From: Camelus dromedarius
Taxonomy: Eukaryota
DNA length: 64,000 nt
Assembly (NCBI RefSeq): GCF_036321535.1
Contig: NC_087437.1
Location: forward strand, 66,962,001 to 67,026,000
Direction: 5' to 3'
A model generated the notes under the pieces. The model made no database searches, was not told the origin of the DNA, and saw nothing but the letters and a program-made list of their open reading frames with translations. This document shows, piece by piece, positions 1-15,187 of the stretch. The position numbers were made by a program, and so were the translations under genes. Every line of letters begins with the position of its first letter. The stretch's first letter is position 1.

Positions 1-2009
1 TTATAAAAATATTGAATTGGTGTCTTTTTTTTTTTTAAACACCTTTGGCTACTTACATGTTTTCTTCAGTAAGTTTCCCGTTTATGTTCTTGGCTCTCTT
101 TTTTGACTGGGGGTATTTGTAATTTTAGGAGTTGGTTTGTGGGAACTTACTACATGTTTAGGCTATTGACCTGCCATGTTCACTGCAAATATTACTCTCT
201 ATTAATCATTTGCCTTTTTGCTAACATTTTTCATAGATTAAAAAAAATTTTTTTCAATGATATAAATATTCTTAATAACGTCCGCCTTTGGCATGATGCT
301 TAAAAAGGGCTTTCTAATTTAAGATTTCCTATTTTCCTGTTCTTTTCTTTCAGTCTGTCTCTTTTCTATGTTTAACTCTATATATGTAAATAGTATATAG
401 TTATATATGTATATGTATGTTGTTGCATGATATGGGGTAGATCCAACTATAGTCATCCAAATAATTAAACAATAATTACAGCAACATTAATTGGATGCAT
501 AGAATTTCATTGCATGGATATGTCACAATTTATCTGATCAATCTGTGGTTGGACAATTATCCCCACTTTTTTCTCATTGTAAACATTTGATACAAAACTT
601 CTCTGTAAAATTGTCCAGGGTCAGTATGATTTCTGTAAGTGTAATTTGACTCCACGCATGACTTCATTGTGGGGTGATTTTGGTGTTGACAAGGTGTGGC
701 TCTGGTGGTAGGCAACTGAAATAGAGTGTAAAGGTCATGAGAAAGGAGGAGTCCTTTGTTACTCACAGCTCCCTGCTGTCCCGCGTACCTGCCCACGCTG
801 CACTTGGGGCTGTCCGAGGAACTGCCCGGAGAGCATCCCCCTGCGCCTCACTGCCTCTGTGGGTTCCGAGGACAGGAGTCTGCTCCAGTTTATCCATCAT
901 TGCTGCCCCAGCTGCTCTCTGTCTTCAGAAATCATAAAAATCTCTGGTTTCTCTTCCTACTGTTTTGAGTATTAAAATGGGTCTGCTTCTTTTTGTAAAT
1001 ATTTACTGCAATTTTAATGGAATTTGAGGAGGACTGCTTTTGCTTTTTCAAAAACATTAAAACACAAAATTAGGCAGATTACTGAACTCTGCCTATTGGA
1101 ATCCTCTCTGTTCACAATAATAGGCCACACACTACCATTGTCTATCTGGTGTTAGTTTGTTGCAAATTCTGCCAATACTACAAGGAAAAAAATAGCTTTT
1201 TGAGAGCCTAATAAGGCGCTGGCACGCTAATATTGTTTGCCACTCATAAAATCACAATTCTCTTTGTCTGAGTTTTAGCCTTACCATGTTTCCAGTCCCA
1301 TCATTGGCACGAAGATTCAAGCACAGCTACACAGCCATCTGGAACCATACTTGCCTGCACCCCATACACAAAACTAGACGCATGTGAGCACAAAAACATC
1401 AAGAGACAATGATGCTTATGTACTCACAACTTCTTATTCACAAGACTAGATAGGTTGGTATTGTGTTAACAAAAACGTTGATGACATAAGAGCAAAATAA
1501 GGTACGTGGAGGAGACTGGGTGAGTAAAACAGAATGAGTTAGACAAGAAATAATAGGCTTTATCGTGGAAAGCATTTCCCCAAATATACATATATATATA
1601 TATGTCAAATCATTACATTGTACACCTTAAACTTATATATATACATATATGTACATACACATGTATATATGTACATTTGTATATATACACACATAATATG
1701 TATACAGGTATATATCAAATTATTACATTATACGCCTTAAACTTGTATTTCAGTAAAGCTGGAAACACATGCACAAACGTACGTACACACATATGAAATA
1801 ACAAGAGGCTAATTTAAAAGAAAATAAAGCGTGTACAAAAGGCCAAAGAGTAAAACTAGGGAATTTGTAAAGAATGTGGGGAACAGGAGGATAATTCTCC
1901 TTGAAGGCTCAGGTATTCCAGTTTCTTTTGTTTCTGATTCTGTTTCTGTTTCTCCTTCACTTTCCTCTGTTCATACAGTGAACTTAAAAATACTAGTCTC
2001 CACATTAAT

Positions 2010-3210
2010 TTTTTAAAAATAGCTTTATTGACACATAGAATTCATATACCATGAAAGTCACCCTTTTGAAGGGTACAGTTTAGTGCTTTTTAGGCTGGTC
2101 AGAGTTGTGCAACCACCACCACTCTCTAATTTCGGAAGATTTTCGTCACCCCCAAAGGAAACCTCATACTCACAGCATTCGGTCCCCATTCCTCCTCCCC
2201 TGCCCCTGGCAACCACTCATCTGCTCTCTGTCTGTCTCTATGGATTTGCCTTTTCCGGACATTTCACACAAATGGGATCATATAACATGTGGCCTTTTGT
2301 GTCTGGCTTCTTTCACTTCACAGAATGCTTCCAAGGTTTATCCAAGTCATAGTCCTATATCAGTACTTCATTCCTTTTCATTATCAAACAATATTCCATC
2401 ACATGAGTATACATAACCTTTTTCATTTTTAACTTTTAAAAATTGTGGTAAAAAGCATGATACTTACCATCTTAACTATTTTTAAGGGTGCAGTTCAGTA
2501 AAGTATGTTCACATTGTTGTACAACAGATCTCCAGACTTTCTCCATTTTGTAAAACTGAAACTCTATACCTATTAAACAGCTCCCCATTTTCCGCTCCCC
2601 TAGTCCCTGATAACCGCCATTCTACTTTGTCTCTAGGAATGTGACTACTTTAGCTACCTTGTAGGAGTAGAATCATGCAATATTTGTCCTTTTGTGACTG
2701 GCTTGTTTCACCTAGCATAATATCCTCAAGCTTCATCCTTGTAGCATATGTCAGAATTTCATTCCTTTTTAAGGCTAAATAACATTCTATTGCATATGTA
2801 AACTATATTTTCAATCCATTCATCTGTCAATTATCACATGTTAAAAATCCATCCATCACTTGATGGGCATTTGTGTATTTTCCACTTTTGTGTTATTATG
2901 AACACTGCTCTGCAAATTTTTTGTGCAAGTTTTTGTATGGCCACATATTTCCAATTGTCTTAAGTTTGTAACTAGGTGTTGAAATGCTGGGTGATATGAT
3001 AATATTTAACTTTTTTAAGAATTGCCAAACTGTATTTCAAAGCAGCTGCACCATTTTACATTCCCACTAGCAGTAGAAATACTCTAATTTCTTCACAGCC
3101 TTGTCAACACTTGTTATTATCTGTTTCTTTGATTACAGCCATCCTAGTGGGTGTGAAGTGGCGTCTCATCATGGTTTTGATTTTTGTTTCCCTAATGACA
3201 AATGATGTCA
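2010..3210 (-). mobile_element. L1MB-like 3' end with a nested L1MA-like 3' end (~2420-2830)
   Basis: Two successive reverse L1 3'UTR signatures (cccctggcaaccac...ggatttgcc; ccctgataaccgccattctac). The outer element resumes after 2830. Confidence 0.75.
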
Positions 3211-4267
3211 TGTTTATTCTTTAAATGGAAGAGGGGAAGGGATATATGCCCAGGAAAAGTGTTCCAGTAGCTTTACTTTCTCTTATGGTGAGGGTATCAG
3301 GGTGGCTGGGGAATGCAGTGATGGAGGGTCACCAGGATTGCTCAGGTAAAATCTAGCATCAATATTGTAGATAATACTATTAAAAGCACTTCCGTAAGTG
3401 CTTTTATATGTTATCTCATTTAACAACATTTGAGACACTCACACATGTATCTATAGGAATCACTCCTTCTTGGGGGGTGCCTTCAAGGGAGATCATATCT
3501 TCTGATCTCTGCTTGTTCTGACACTGAAGCTTTCATTCCCCATTATATTTTTATTCCAGTGTCCATCCATGTCCTCTGTCAGTTTCAGTCTGAAAAGGCT
3601 TACTCTGAGATGCCTCTTCCTCTTTGAGTTGACTGCCAACTCCACCTAGAGTCTCACCTTTCATGTTTACTCCTGGCCCGGACTACTTTCTACCACTTAA
3701 GGACTGAGAACTGAATATACTTTTCGCTGATTGATTTCTGCACTAGGCAGCCCTTTTAGTAGAGAGCCTGAGTCACCGAGAGGGAGCCAGATCTCCATTT
3801 TCTCCCTTCTTTCAATCAAGATCACGTTTCAATTTCAATCAAAATCACGTTGAGACAGTATCACTGGACCATACCAAGCCCATCCCCTCTGGTCCACCGC
3901 CTCATTGTGAAAGGTCAAAATGACAGCTGTGAAATGCATCACAGAATACCAATGAGAAAGGCTGAAGTGGCTGGAGTGGCCAAGTTTGAGGTGTTCTGCT
4001 TTTAGAAACATATTAATGCTATCTGGTATTAGAGCTGAAAACCAGTGAACTAAATTTCAGATGTTACTAATAACATTCAAGTTTTTGATCACTAATAATA
4101 TTGTTGGCCTTTCAATATTTGGGTTATTTTATTCAACAAACTGATTAATTATAACTGTAGTCACGTCACTCAGCATTTTCCCAAAGGTCCACTGCAAATT
4201 TATCAGCTTTCACCTAGTTTTGCCAGCCCACAGTCAACAGAAAGACTGCTTATCTGTGTGGAGAACG

Positions 4268-4273
4268 TTTATT
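4268..4273 (-). terminator. Candidate TEX55 polyadenylation signal (AATAAA)
   Basis: First minus-strand AATAAA I found downstream of the exon 4 stop, giving a 3'UTR of about 1 kb. An ATTAAA lies near 4491 and another AATAAA near 4128-4133. Confidence 0.35.
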
Positions 4274-5322
4274 GAGTCTGAGCACATGCACATTTGGTGG
4301 ACAACTGAAGGAAAAACTAACTAAGCTTTGATGTTATAAGCAAAGATTTTGAAAGTATAATGATTAGAAATGGAATTTAGGTATGAAAAAGGGATTTGTG
4401 CATGTGTTCAGACTGAAGCTTAGTGCATTGGAATGCAACCACATAACCACACCAAGTCACCAGTGAAACAATGTCAAGAATCGAGTTTCTTTTAATGTTC
4501 AAATAGAAATGAAATGAAAGGTTCAGCTCACAAAAGTAGTATCAGATGATCATCTCAGTTACGATTGCTGGGCAGATACTCTCATACCAGGCAGACCATG
4601 TTAAGGCTTTTTGCTTTTAAATACCAGTTGGACTGGTTACACATTCCACACAGTGTAGACACTCTTCAGAGGATAAAGTTAATAAGGAAGTGACATTCTG
4701 CCTCTCCCACAGGTGTGTACAGAGTAGTATAACATGTTTGAGTTTTTCTGTAGGTTAAAAATCAGAAGAGGACTGTTCCAAGGAACAGATTAAGTCACAA
4801 CCACTGGTGTCAGAATATAACAGGCAGGGTCAAAGAGGAAAATAGTAAAAATATGTTGGAGGTGTTAAGAAACAAGAAAAGAGATTTTACAACAATTTTC
4901 TTCCATTAAGAGAGAAAAAAAGTGCTGTTATAAACTATTTTCCACATATTTTCTGATTGAAAATTTTGTAAACATCTTTGAGACGTGATAGATTTGTATG
5001 CTTTGGGGAATCGCATATAAATTGCTAATATTCTTTTCTTGATCCTCTTTGGGATTTGTGAACTTGTTACTGTTCAGTGCTTTGGAGAAATAAGTATTGG
5101 AATATCAATGCATGGATAAGTATATATGTGTATATTTTTGTATGATTAGCCAGAAGTCTCTATAACTTATGTGAATTTTACAGATACACTCTGTAGATTT
5201 TCACTTAAAAAAAAGAGCATATTTAGGAAGAGTCACTACCAATGATCATTCAAAAACAATTTTTCAGAATGAGAAGCAGAACACAATGTTGACACTGATA
5301 TTTGTAAACAATGTTGAGAGAG

Positions 5323-5373
5323 TCATTCTTTGTAGGAATCATGTTTCTTTCTGTTTTTTATCATTTCCTGTAC
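5323..5373 (-). CDS. TEX55: TEX55 terminal coding exon 4 (VQEMIKNRKKHDSYKE*)
   Basis: Strong acceptor ttctttttcattcttctcag|GTA, phase 0, 16 codons then TGA at 5325-5323. It continues the amphipathic helix LCQ-VQEMIK and lies in the first non-repetitive sequence after the TE-filled intron. Confidence 0.82.
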   Translation of the reverse strand, partial: VQEMIKNRKKHDSYKE

Positions 5374-7395
5374 CTGAGAAGAATGAAAAAGAATTTTTTC
5401 CACTTGCCATTTTGATCCACATGGAATTACCATATCTTGTTAAAATATGTAGACATTTAAAATACAAAAGTCCTTGTACTGACTTGGTACAAATAATTTA
5501 GACTTTGATAAGTCAAGAATATGTGTTGTAATGTCTAGGAGAGTCATTAAAATTGTTAATTATTGTTAGGGCAGTGACCTTATTTTTTATAATACAGTAA
5601 TTATAGATACATATCATATACATTTATCAAAATCTATAGAATGTATAACACAAAGAAACTTTATGTAAACCATGGACTTTAGTTAATAATGTGTATCATA
5701 CTGATCAACTGTAACAAATGTACACACTAATGCAAGATGGTCATGACAGAGGAAACCAGGGCTGGGAAAAGGGGGAAAGGGAAAGGAGTAAAGGGGAGCT
5801 CACTGTACTTCCGGCTCAATTTTTCTGTAAAGGTAAAACTTTTCTAAAAATAAAGTACATTAATTTTTAAAAATCACCCAAATGTGAAACAAACAAAAAG
5901 ATTTAAGAGAGTATAACTTCTAAACTAACAGAGAGAAAACTGGAGCAATAAAATAAGGCAAAAAGTAGAGTAAAAGAAACAGAACAGACAGGCAGGACAA
6001 ATAGACAGCATGTGGTAGGACAATTGATTCAAACCCAAATATATCTTTAATACCATCAAATATAAAGGGACTAAATGCTCCAATTAAAAGCTTGTCAAAT
6101 TTGAATAATGATTAAAAATTATAATATATGCTGTTTTTAAGACAGACATCTAAAACATAAGGCCAGAGTCAAGGAGTTATTTGATGAAGAGAGAGAAAAC
6201 GTGAAAAAAAAAAAATGAAGAGAACTTCAGGGATCTGTGGAATAATATAAAAATGTCTATTATAAAGTTAATTTGAGTCTTGAAAAGACAAGAAGGAAAG
6301 AGAATGGAGCAGGAAAATATCTGAAGAAATTCTGGCAAACAACTTCCAAAATTTGGTGGGAGACATAAATTTATAGATTCAAGAAGCTAAGCTAATCCCC
6401 AAATAAGTATGTTCCAATGAGCATCATGATTAAAAACCCCTGGAAACTAAAGAACAAGAGATCATGAAAGCAGCCAGAAAAACGACATATTACACAGAGG
6501 GGACTATCAGTCTGGATGACTGTGGACGTCTCACTAGAAACTAGGAAGACCAGAAAGTAGTGAAACCACATCTTTACGAGCCAGTGTCTAGGGGTGGGGG
6601 GAGAGTCAATTTAACACTGTTAAGAACATTTAATATGCGATCTACCCTCTTAACAAAAATTTAAGCGTACATTATGGGTACAACGAGTGCAGTAGATCTT
6701 TAGAGCTTAGTCATCTTGCTTGACTGAAAAGTCAGTAACTTTATATCTACCAAAAATGCCCTACAGGAATGGATGTGTAATACATTTTCAGATAAAAGAA
6801 AACTAAGAGTGTTCATTACCAGCAGTCCTGCAACACAATAAATGCTAAAGGATTTGTTTCAGGTTGAAGAGAAATGACTTCAGAGAGAAACTTAGAAATT
6901 CACAAATGAATGAAGAACATCAAAAATAGAAATCTGGATAGATATAAAAGATTATGTTTTCCTTTTATGTTCTTTAAAATACATATGAATATTTAAAGCC
7001 TTTTAAGATTATACTGTTCTCTTGTGGGGATTTTCACTTATGTAGAAAGTGATACATTTGACAAGTTTAACATAAAGGACAGTGGATAGGAGTAAAGGGA
7101 CCAATATGATTATAAGGCTTCCTTTTTTGGTGGAGTGAAACAAATATTAACTTTATACTGTGAGAGATTAGGGATACATATTGTAACCCCCTAGAGTAAT
7201 CACTAAAAATAATAAGTATAGCTAAAAAGTCAATAGATACAAAGTAGAATATTAAAATTATTAAAAGAATCCCAAAGAAGGCAATAAAAGGGCAACAAAG
7301 GAATAAAAACCAGAGACAAACAGAAAATGAACAACAAACTGAGAGATCTAAATTCAACCATATTGATAATTAAGTTAAATGTGAATGGTCTAAAC

Positions 7396-7670
7396 CAGAG
7401 GTTGGCAAACTTTTTCTGAAAAGAGCTGGATAATACGTATTTTAGGAATTGGAGGACATGTACTGTCTCCATCACTGCTGCTGAGTCTCCCTTTCCTTTC
7501 CCTGTCTTTCACTTTTCCCCTTTTCCTCCTCCTCTTCATCCCCATCTTTTTCTTCTTCCTCCTTCTCCTTCCCTCTCCTCCTTCTCCTTCTTCAACTACT
7601 TTAAAAATGTAAATTCTTTCTCAACTTTCAGGCCATTTAAAAACCAGTGGTCTAAGTTTGCCAACTCCTC
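7396..7670. mobile_element. MER58-like hAT-Charlie MITE with internal expanded pyrimidine repeat, inserted in L1
   Basis: TIRs cagaggttggcaaac / gtttgccaactcctc and 8-bp TSD-like gtctaaac (7388-7395) / ttctaaat (7671-7678). Confidence 0.8.
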
Positions 7671-8739
7671 TTCTAAATGGTTCAATTAAAAAGCAGAGGT
7701 TTTTTTTAGAAAATATAAGAAAGTAAGACCCAAATATGTGGTACCTACAAGAGACATACTTTATAATATAAAACACAGGTGAAAATAAATGGATGAAAAA
7801 AGATATACCAAGTAAACTGTAAGATATAAAACCTGGACTGGTTACATTAAAATCCAAAAAAGTAGACTTCAAGACTAAGAATATTACCAAGGATAAAGAC
7901 AGACATCTCATAATGATAAAAGAGTCAATTAATCAGGAAGACATAATGAACATAAATGTTCATGTGCCTAATAACAGTTTTACAATACATAAAGGGAAAA
8001 TTAACAGAATTAGAGGGAGAGTAGCTAATTCCACAATGATAGTAGAATATTTAAACACCCCTTTCACAGCAATGGAAAGAACTAAACAAAAATATCAGGA
8101 AAGATGTGCAAGATTTGAACAACATTATCAATCTCCTCGATCTAACTGACATTCGTAGAACACTACATCAAGAACAACAGAATACATGTTCTTATAAAGT
8201 GAACATTATATATTAACCAATATGGACCAACACTGGGCTACAAAGTTTCAATAGCTTGAAAAAGATTGAAATTGTACCCAGCATGACAAAATTAAACTGG
8301 AAGTCAATAACAATAACATATATAGAAACCCCTCAAGTATTCGGAAATTAAACAACACACTTCTAAATAAATAGCTGGTCAAAGAAGGAATCTCAAGGGA
8401 AGTTAGAAAATATTTTGAATTGAATGATAATAAAGAGATAACATATCAAAATATGTGTGATAAAACTAAAGCAGTGCCTAGAGGGAAACACATTTTTAAA
8501 TGTCTACATGAGAAAAGAAGAAAGGTCTAAAATAAATTATCTAAGGTTTTACTTTAAGAAGCTAGAAAAAAAGAGTAAAGTTAACCAAAATTAGGAAGAG
8601 GAAAGGAGATAATAAAGATAAGTGCAAAAAGCAATGCAATTGAAAAAATAATAGAGAATATCAACAAAGCCAAAATCTGGTTCTTTGACAAGAGCAAAAA
8701 AGTGATTAATCTCCAGCTAGATTGATTATGAGAGCGCAA

Positions 8740-9095
8740 CTCACACATGAGAGACTCAACCTGTTGTTGGCTTTGAAGATGCAGAAAGGAGACTATGAGC
8801 CAAGGAATACAGTGGCCACTAGAAATTGGGAGTGGCCCTCAGCTTACAGCCAGCAGGTAATGGGATTTTGGGCCTACAAACACAGAACTGAATTCTGCTG
8901 ATAACCCCCAAAAGTAGGAAATGAATTCTCCCCTTAGAGCCTCCAGAAAGGTACACAGCCTGGCCTGCCATCACCCTGATTTTAGGATGGGTAGACCTGT
9001 ATCAAACTTCTGACCCACCGAACTATAAGAAATAGTGTTGATTTAAGCCACTAAGTTTATAATAATTTGTTATAGCGTCAAAAGAAAATTAAGAC
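8740..9095 (+). mobile_element. MLT1-family MaLR LTR fragment
   Basis: Motifs ggctttgaagatg...gagccaaggaat...tttaagccactaagttt...ttgttatagc...aagaca. Confidence 0.75.
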
Positions 9096-12000
9096 AACTC
9101 CATACACAAAAAATAAATCCATATGGATCATAGACCTAAGTATTAAAGTGAAGATGTTATATCTCCTAGAAGAAAACATAGGAGAATACCTTTGTGACTT
9201 GTGTTAGGAAAGACTTCTTAGATAGGACTTAAAAGGCAAAAACTCTAAAAAGGAAAAGCTGATGAATTGTATTTTATGAAAATTGAAAGTGTTTGCTCTT
9301 TGAAAGACATTGTAAAGAAAAATCAAAGGAAAACTACATAATGAGAAAAAATATTTGCCATATATTTATCTGATAACAGACTGATCTATCCAGAATATAT
9401 ATAAAAAAACCTTACAGCTCAATACAAGAAAACAACAGCCCAGCTTAAAAGTGGATAGATGACTTGAACATCCACTTCACAAGAGGAGATATATGAATGG
9501 CCAATTATATATGAAAAGCTGTTCAATATTTATATTTATCAGGGAAAGGCACATTAAAACTACAATACTACTAGAAGAGCTAAAATAAAAAAGATTGATG
9601 AAGCAAAATTTGATGAGAAGAAATGGGTGCTTTCAGGTTTGAGACAGGAAAAGTAGAAGTTATTTCTGGAACATCTTGTTATAGCACAACATAATGCAGT
9701 GATCAAAGATGACAAGGAGTGTTAAAAGTGCTAGGAGTCATCCTCAAAACATTTCCATTGGCCTCAAATGGGAAAACCTGAGCGTCAACAAGAATAAGTG
9801 CAAGGGGACTGAAATACATACAGTACATTTAAATCTATGAATTGATAATAATAATAAAAACATTTGTTTTCTTCAGACAATTCTATGAAAGATTTTAATT
9901 CTGAAAGCTGGTAAGTAAAGAGAAAGGGTAAAGCATTTATCCTGTTTTCCTATGTAATCTGTTCCTTAGGGTAACCACATAGTTGATGAGATGTATTATG
10001 GCTAATAAATGGAAAAAGAATGATAAATTTAGAATACTACCATTTTGCAATCCCTAATGAATTAATGGATCAGGAAATGATCATTAATAACAGCTTATAG
10101 CACAAAAAGTCATCAATGGCTGGGTCATTGTGCACCAACTGATGGAGAAAGACAAGAGCAGTGTGAAGCAATCTTTTCAAGACAAAAAAAAAAAAATCTG
10201 AGTTTAAAGAAACCATTAAATATAACTTTGGCAATTTACAGAAAATATAGGGTTCAGAAGATCATGTTAAATGACATCACTGGAAAATAATAAGCAAAAC
10301 TCAGACTGGGAAACTTCAGGACAAATGACCTGGTTACTTCAGTAAAAAATACTGTTGAGGGAGAGAGAGAGAGAGAGGGAAATTAAGGGTGAAACTTTAT
10401 CTAGGATGTTAATCAACCAGTAAAAATGTATGGACCTTATTTTGATCCAGTTAGAAACAACAAAAAGTAGACAACTGGTGAAATACAAACAGTGATTTAT
10501 TACTTGATATTAAAGGATCACTGAAAATATTTTAGATCATCATAGTACTGTGGTTAGATTTTTTTTAAAGTCCTTATTTTTAAGAGTTACATACTGAAAT
10601 ATTTACAAATGAAATTATAACTGGGATTTGCTTCAAGATAATCTGGGGAGGAGGAATGGGGATAAAGCATATATCAAATAAGATAGGCTATGTGATGACA
10701 GTTACTAAATAGGAGGAATGAGCACATGGAGGGTAAATACACTATTCTCTATTTTTGCATATGTTTGAAATGTCTGTCAGTGAAGAACATTTAAAAATAA
10801 ATAAAAAAGGAATCTCCAGGCAAATATTATGTTCTCTGAAGGGGAAGAGAGGAAAAAAGGGATAGAAGCAATATGTGAAAAAATACTGGCTGAAAAATTT
10901 TCAAAACAGATGAAAAGCAATAAAATACAAAGATCTGGAGCTTCTGTTTCTTCTAAGAGTGACCAGATTTCCCTCTTGCGTGAAACAACTGAAAAATGGA
11001 GAACATCTAAGAAACACTGGTTTTTAAGATAGTGGTATCAGGCAACAAAGGACAGTGCTCTGTGAGAAACAGGAGAGAAATAAAGTGAGCCTCATGGTTG
11101 CTCCAGCCTACTGTCCATAAAATTTCCTGGCCTCTCTGTAGGGAAGGTGAACCCAAGAGGAACACTAAAGACCCCTGAGTTAAGGAAATAGAGCTGAGGC
11201 CCTGGGGAAACCAAGGCAGCTGTAGTTCATAGGACAGAGCGCCAGAGAGGAGAGAACCTCACAGAAAGAACTCTGGAATCTGCAGAAGGTCTCCTTCAAG
11301 TAATCCCCTGTGAACAGATCAATGCCTATGTGCGAGGAAACTATCTGAGGTCATGGAAAGAACCAAGCCAGTTCACTGTCAAACTAAAAAGCCTCATGAA
11401 TCATGGAGCATTGGGTAGGATACTCAAAAGCCTTGCCTCAGTAGTGGGGAATAATTAGCTCTAGATGGAACACTGCTCTGCTTTACTCGAAGAAAATCTT
11501 AAAAGCTAAATCAGAAAGGATCACATTGTTTCCAAGTAAATTAGCTGGGTCCCAAAATAAAGTCCAAGAATATTTACATGAATACAAAAATATCCAGCAC
11601 CTGCTAAGGTAAGATGCATAATTGCACATATCAAAAATTACCAGGCATACACTTACTACAATGTTACATGTCAAATTATATCTCAATTAAAAAGTATTAG
11701 GCATATGAACAAGCAGGAAAATGAGAAGTTATTATGACTGTATTCTCTATGTTCAAAAAGTAGAGATATTAACATTATAGAAAAGATACAAACTAAACTA
11801 CTAGGGATGAAAACTACAAAAATTATAATGTATGCAATGAAAAATACACTGGCATGTTATTATTAATGGTACTTTACACACTACAGAAGAAAAAATCAGT
11901 AAACTTGAAGACGTAACAGTAGAAAACATTCAAAATGATATATGGAGAGGGAAAAAAGAATTTAAAAAAATTAACATCAGATCATCAGAGAGCTGTGAGA

Positions 12001-13930
12001 CAACTTCAACTGGCCCAACATACGTGTAACTGGAGCTCCCAGAGGAGAGGGCTGGGACAGAAAAATGTTTGAAGAATAATAGCTGACAAATTTCAAAATA
12101 TGCTGAAAACCAGAAGCCCACGGTTCTTAGAAGTTCCAAGCAGCACAGAACAAGAAACATGAAGAAAACTACAATAATACCGTTTTAAGTGGGACTGTAA
12201 ACTGATCTAAGTACTTCAGAAAGCTTTTGGGCAGCTGTTGTATAAAGCTGAACTTATGTCAATAACCTATTTCTGGATAGAAGTGCATGCACATGTGCAC
12301 CACCTGATAAGTACACGAGTGTTCACTGCAGTATTATTTATAACAACCAAAAAAGCTAGAAACAGCCAAATGTCTACCATAGAATACAGAAATGAAAAGA
12401 AATGAAAAATATGCACAAGATAAAGGAATCTCACAAACATACTTTTGCTCAAAAGAAATCAGCCCCCAAATAGTATTATCTGATTCCACTTACATAAAAT
12501 TTTAAAAAGTCAAACTAATTTAGAAGTCAGAATAGTGATTGTTTTGTGGAAGAGAAAGGGTAGCGATTGGAAACAGGCACTATGTGGGATTCTGAGGAGC
12601 TGGTAATTTTCAGTCTTTTGATCTGGCTGGTGGTTTCATGGCTCTATTTCATCAGTGATAATTAGTCAAGTTGTACAGTTTGATGTGTGTAATTTTCTGT
12701 ATGTATGTTTATAAAATTTAAAAAATGAAAATAAATATATTTCACCACATTAACAGAAGGGAGAAAAATCATACAATCATCCCAATGGATATAGAAAAAT
12801 AATCTGATAAACTTTAATAATTCATAATAAAAACTCTCAGAAAACAAACTAGATAAGACCTTCCCTAATATGATTAATAGTATTCATAAAACACAGCAAA
12901 CATTTATACTTAATGATTAAATAGGACTTTTTTTTTTTTAAGCTTGAGAGCCAGCAAGGTGAACCACTGTAGCTACTTCTATTCAGCATTAACTCTACTG
13001 GTGATCCCTAACCAGTGTACTGTATCAGCCAGTGTTCCAACAGGAGATGGATGGCACTTTCAAAATAGAAAAAATTCAATGGGAGTTTATTTTAAAAAGG
13101 GGTTATTTAAAAATAACTAGGCATAAGGTAGTCACAGGAGATAATGTAATAATCCAGAGCTGGTAAAAGTAGAACTAACCTTAGGAGTGAAGGTCAAGAG
13201 GCAAGGAAATTACTATAATCCAGAAGTGAAGATTTATATGAAGTAAGATGCCTTGAGAGAAGCAGTGACTTCCAGACAACTCAGGACAGATAGATTATGG
13301 GGAAAAGGACAGGGAAATAAAACTGACCTCATCCTCTTTCCTCCTTCCAGGCTTCCTCCAGGGTTTCCCACTGTCTTAACCCAACTGGGAGTCAGAAGAA
13401 ATAGAACTTACTGATCTAGTCCAGATTAGTTTCTTTGCAGGATAAGGAAGAGGGGAAGGTGGATCCAAAGGGGCAAAGAGAAGATACATATAATGTATGT
13501 GACAAAAGGAAAGAAAAGTATAAGGTTTGGAAAGGTCAAATAAAATTGTCACTATTTGCAAATGATATGATTATATATGTAGAAACACCCAAAGTATCTA
13601 CAAATGCATAATTAGAATTAATAAATTGAGTTTAATAAGGTTACTGCATATAAGATCAACAAAAATGAGCTTCATTTCTATATGCTAGAAATTAGAGCCT
13701 GAAATTGTGTAAGTTTCTATTTATAATAGCATCAAAATTATAAAATACCTATGAATAAGTCTATCAAAAGATATATAAAACCTTTATGCAAATGACAACT
13801 GTACTGGAAGAAATTAAAGACCTAGATAAATGGAGAGAATAAAACTCATTGTTTTAAGCTGTCACTTCTCCCCAAATTGATCAGCAGAGCCAATGTAATC
13901 CCAATAAGAATCCCATCAATGTGTGCTAGC

Positions 13931-13955
13931 GTGTGTGTGTGTGTGTGTGTTTGTG
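13931..13955. repeat. (GT)n microsatellite inside L1
   Basis: Directly visible. Confidence 0.9.
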
Positions 13956-15187
13956 TAACTTGACAAATAATTCTAAATACTGATATGCAAAAGCAGAGGC
14001 TTAAGGACATCCAAGATATTTTAAAAGAAGAATAAAATGTAAGAACTTGCTCTGTTAGATATTAACACTTATTATAAGGCATTCTAATTAAGAAATTCTT
14101 GTAGTGGAGCGAAGATTGGCAAATATACTATAGGAATCAAATAAAGAGTACTGTCTTTTTATATAAGGTGCTTGGTTAATTGGATGTCTGCTTGGAAGAA
14201 AATGAAACTCGACCCCACCTCACATCCTACACAAAATCAATTCCAGACTGATTGGATATAAACGTAAAAGACAAAAAACAAATAAAATTAAAAAAAATAA
14301 AAAACAAACAAAAAAACCCTTCACAAACAAGATAATATAGGGACTATGGTCAGGAGATTGGACTAAGGAGAGACTTCTAAAATAGGACACCTGAAGGACT
14401 AATCAGAAATAAAAAGGTTATTAAATCTGACTAAATAAAAATTAAGAATTTCTGTTCATTAAAGATACCTTTAAGAGATGAAACAGGAAGGCAGAGAGTG
14501 GGAGAAAATACGTGCAACAAATAAGTCAACAAAGAGCTCAAAACCAGAATATATAGAAAACTGTTACAAATGAATAAAAAAAGACAATACAATAGAAAAG
14601 AAGTATTTCCAAATGGCCAAAAACAAATGAAAAAGTATGCAACTGCCTCAGTACTCAGGAAAAACAAGTTCAATCTGCAATGATTGATTACTATTCATCC
14701 ATTGAAATGCTGAAAAGACTGGTAACACTAAGTGTTGGATGCAAGCAGTAAGGACGTTAAGACAACAAGGACTCTAACATACCCTGCTTACTGGTGGGAG
14801 TATTGTACAATCGCTTTGGAAAATCTTTTGAAATAATCTACTAGAGCTGAGCAAACACATACCCTACGATCCAGCAACCACTATTGTGGGTATTTACCCA
14901 AGAGAAATATGTGTATATGTGCACCAACAGACATGCACATGAAAGTTCCCAGGAAAAATTTTTATAATAGCTCTAAGCTGGAAATAGCCTGAATGTCCAC
15001 ATCCAACTAAAATGGATAAATTGTGGCATTGCATCCAATGAATACTACAACGGTAATGAAAATGAATGAACCACAGTCACACACAACAGCATGGATTAAT
15101 CTCACAGACATAACTTTGAGCAAAAGAATGAACAAATGAACCCCTACTACATGGTTCCCTTTATATAAAGTCTAAAAAGCTGACAAG

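Noticed and set aside
737..968. GC-richer patch with two + ORFs
   Set aside because: Resembles a decayed old L1 5' region; too few CpGs for an island and no exon signals.
3810..3851. 23-bp-period direct repeat (tttcaatcaa.atcacgtt x2)
   Set aside because: Only two copies; an ordinary local tandem duplication, not an array or CRISPR.
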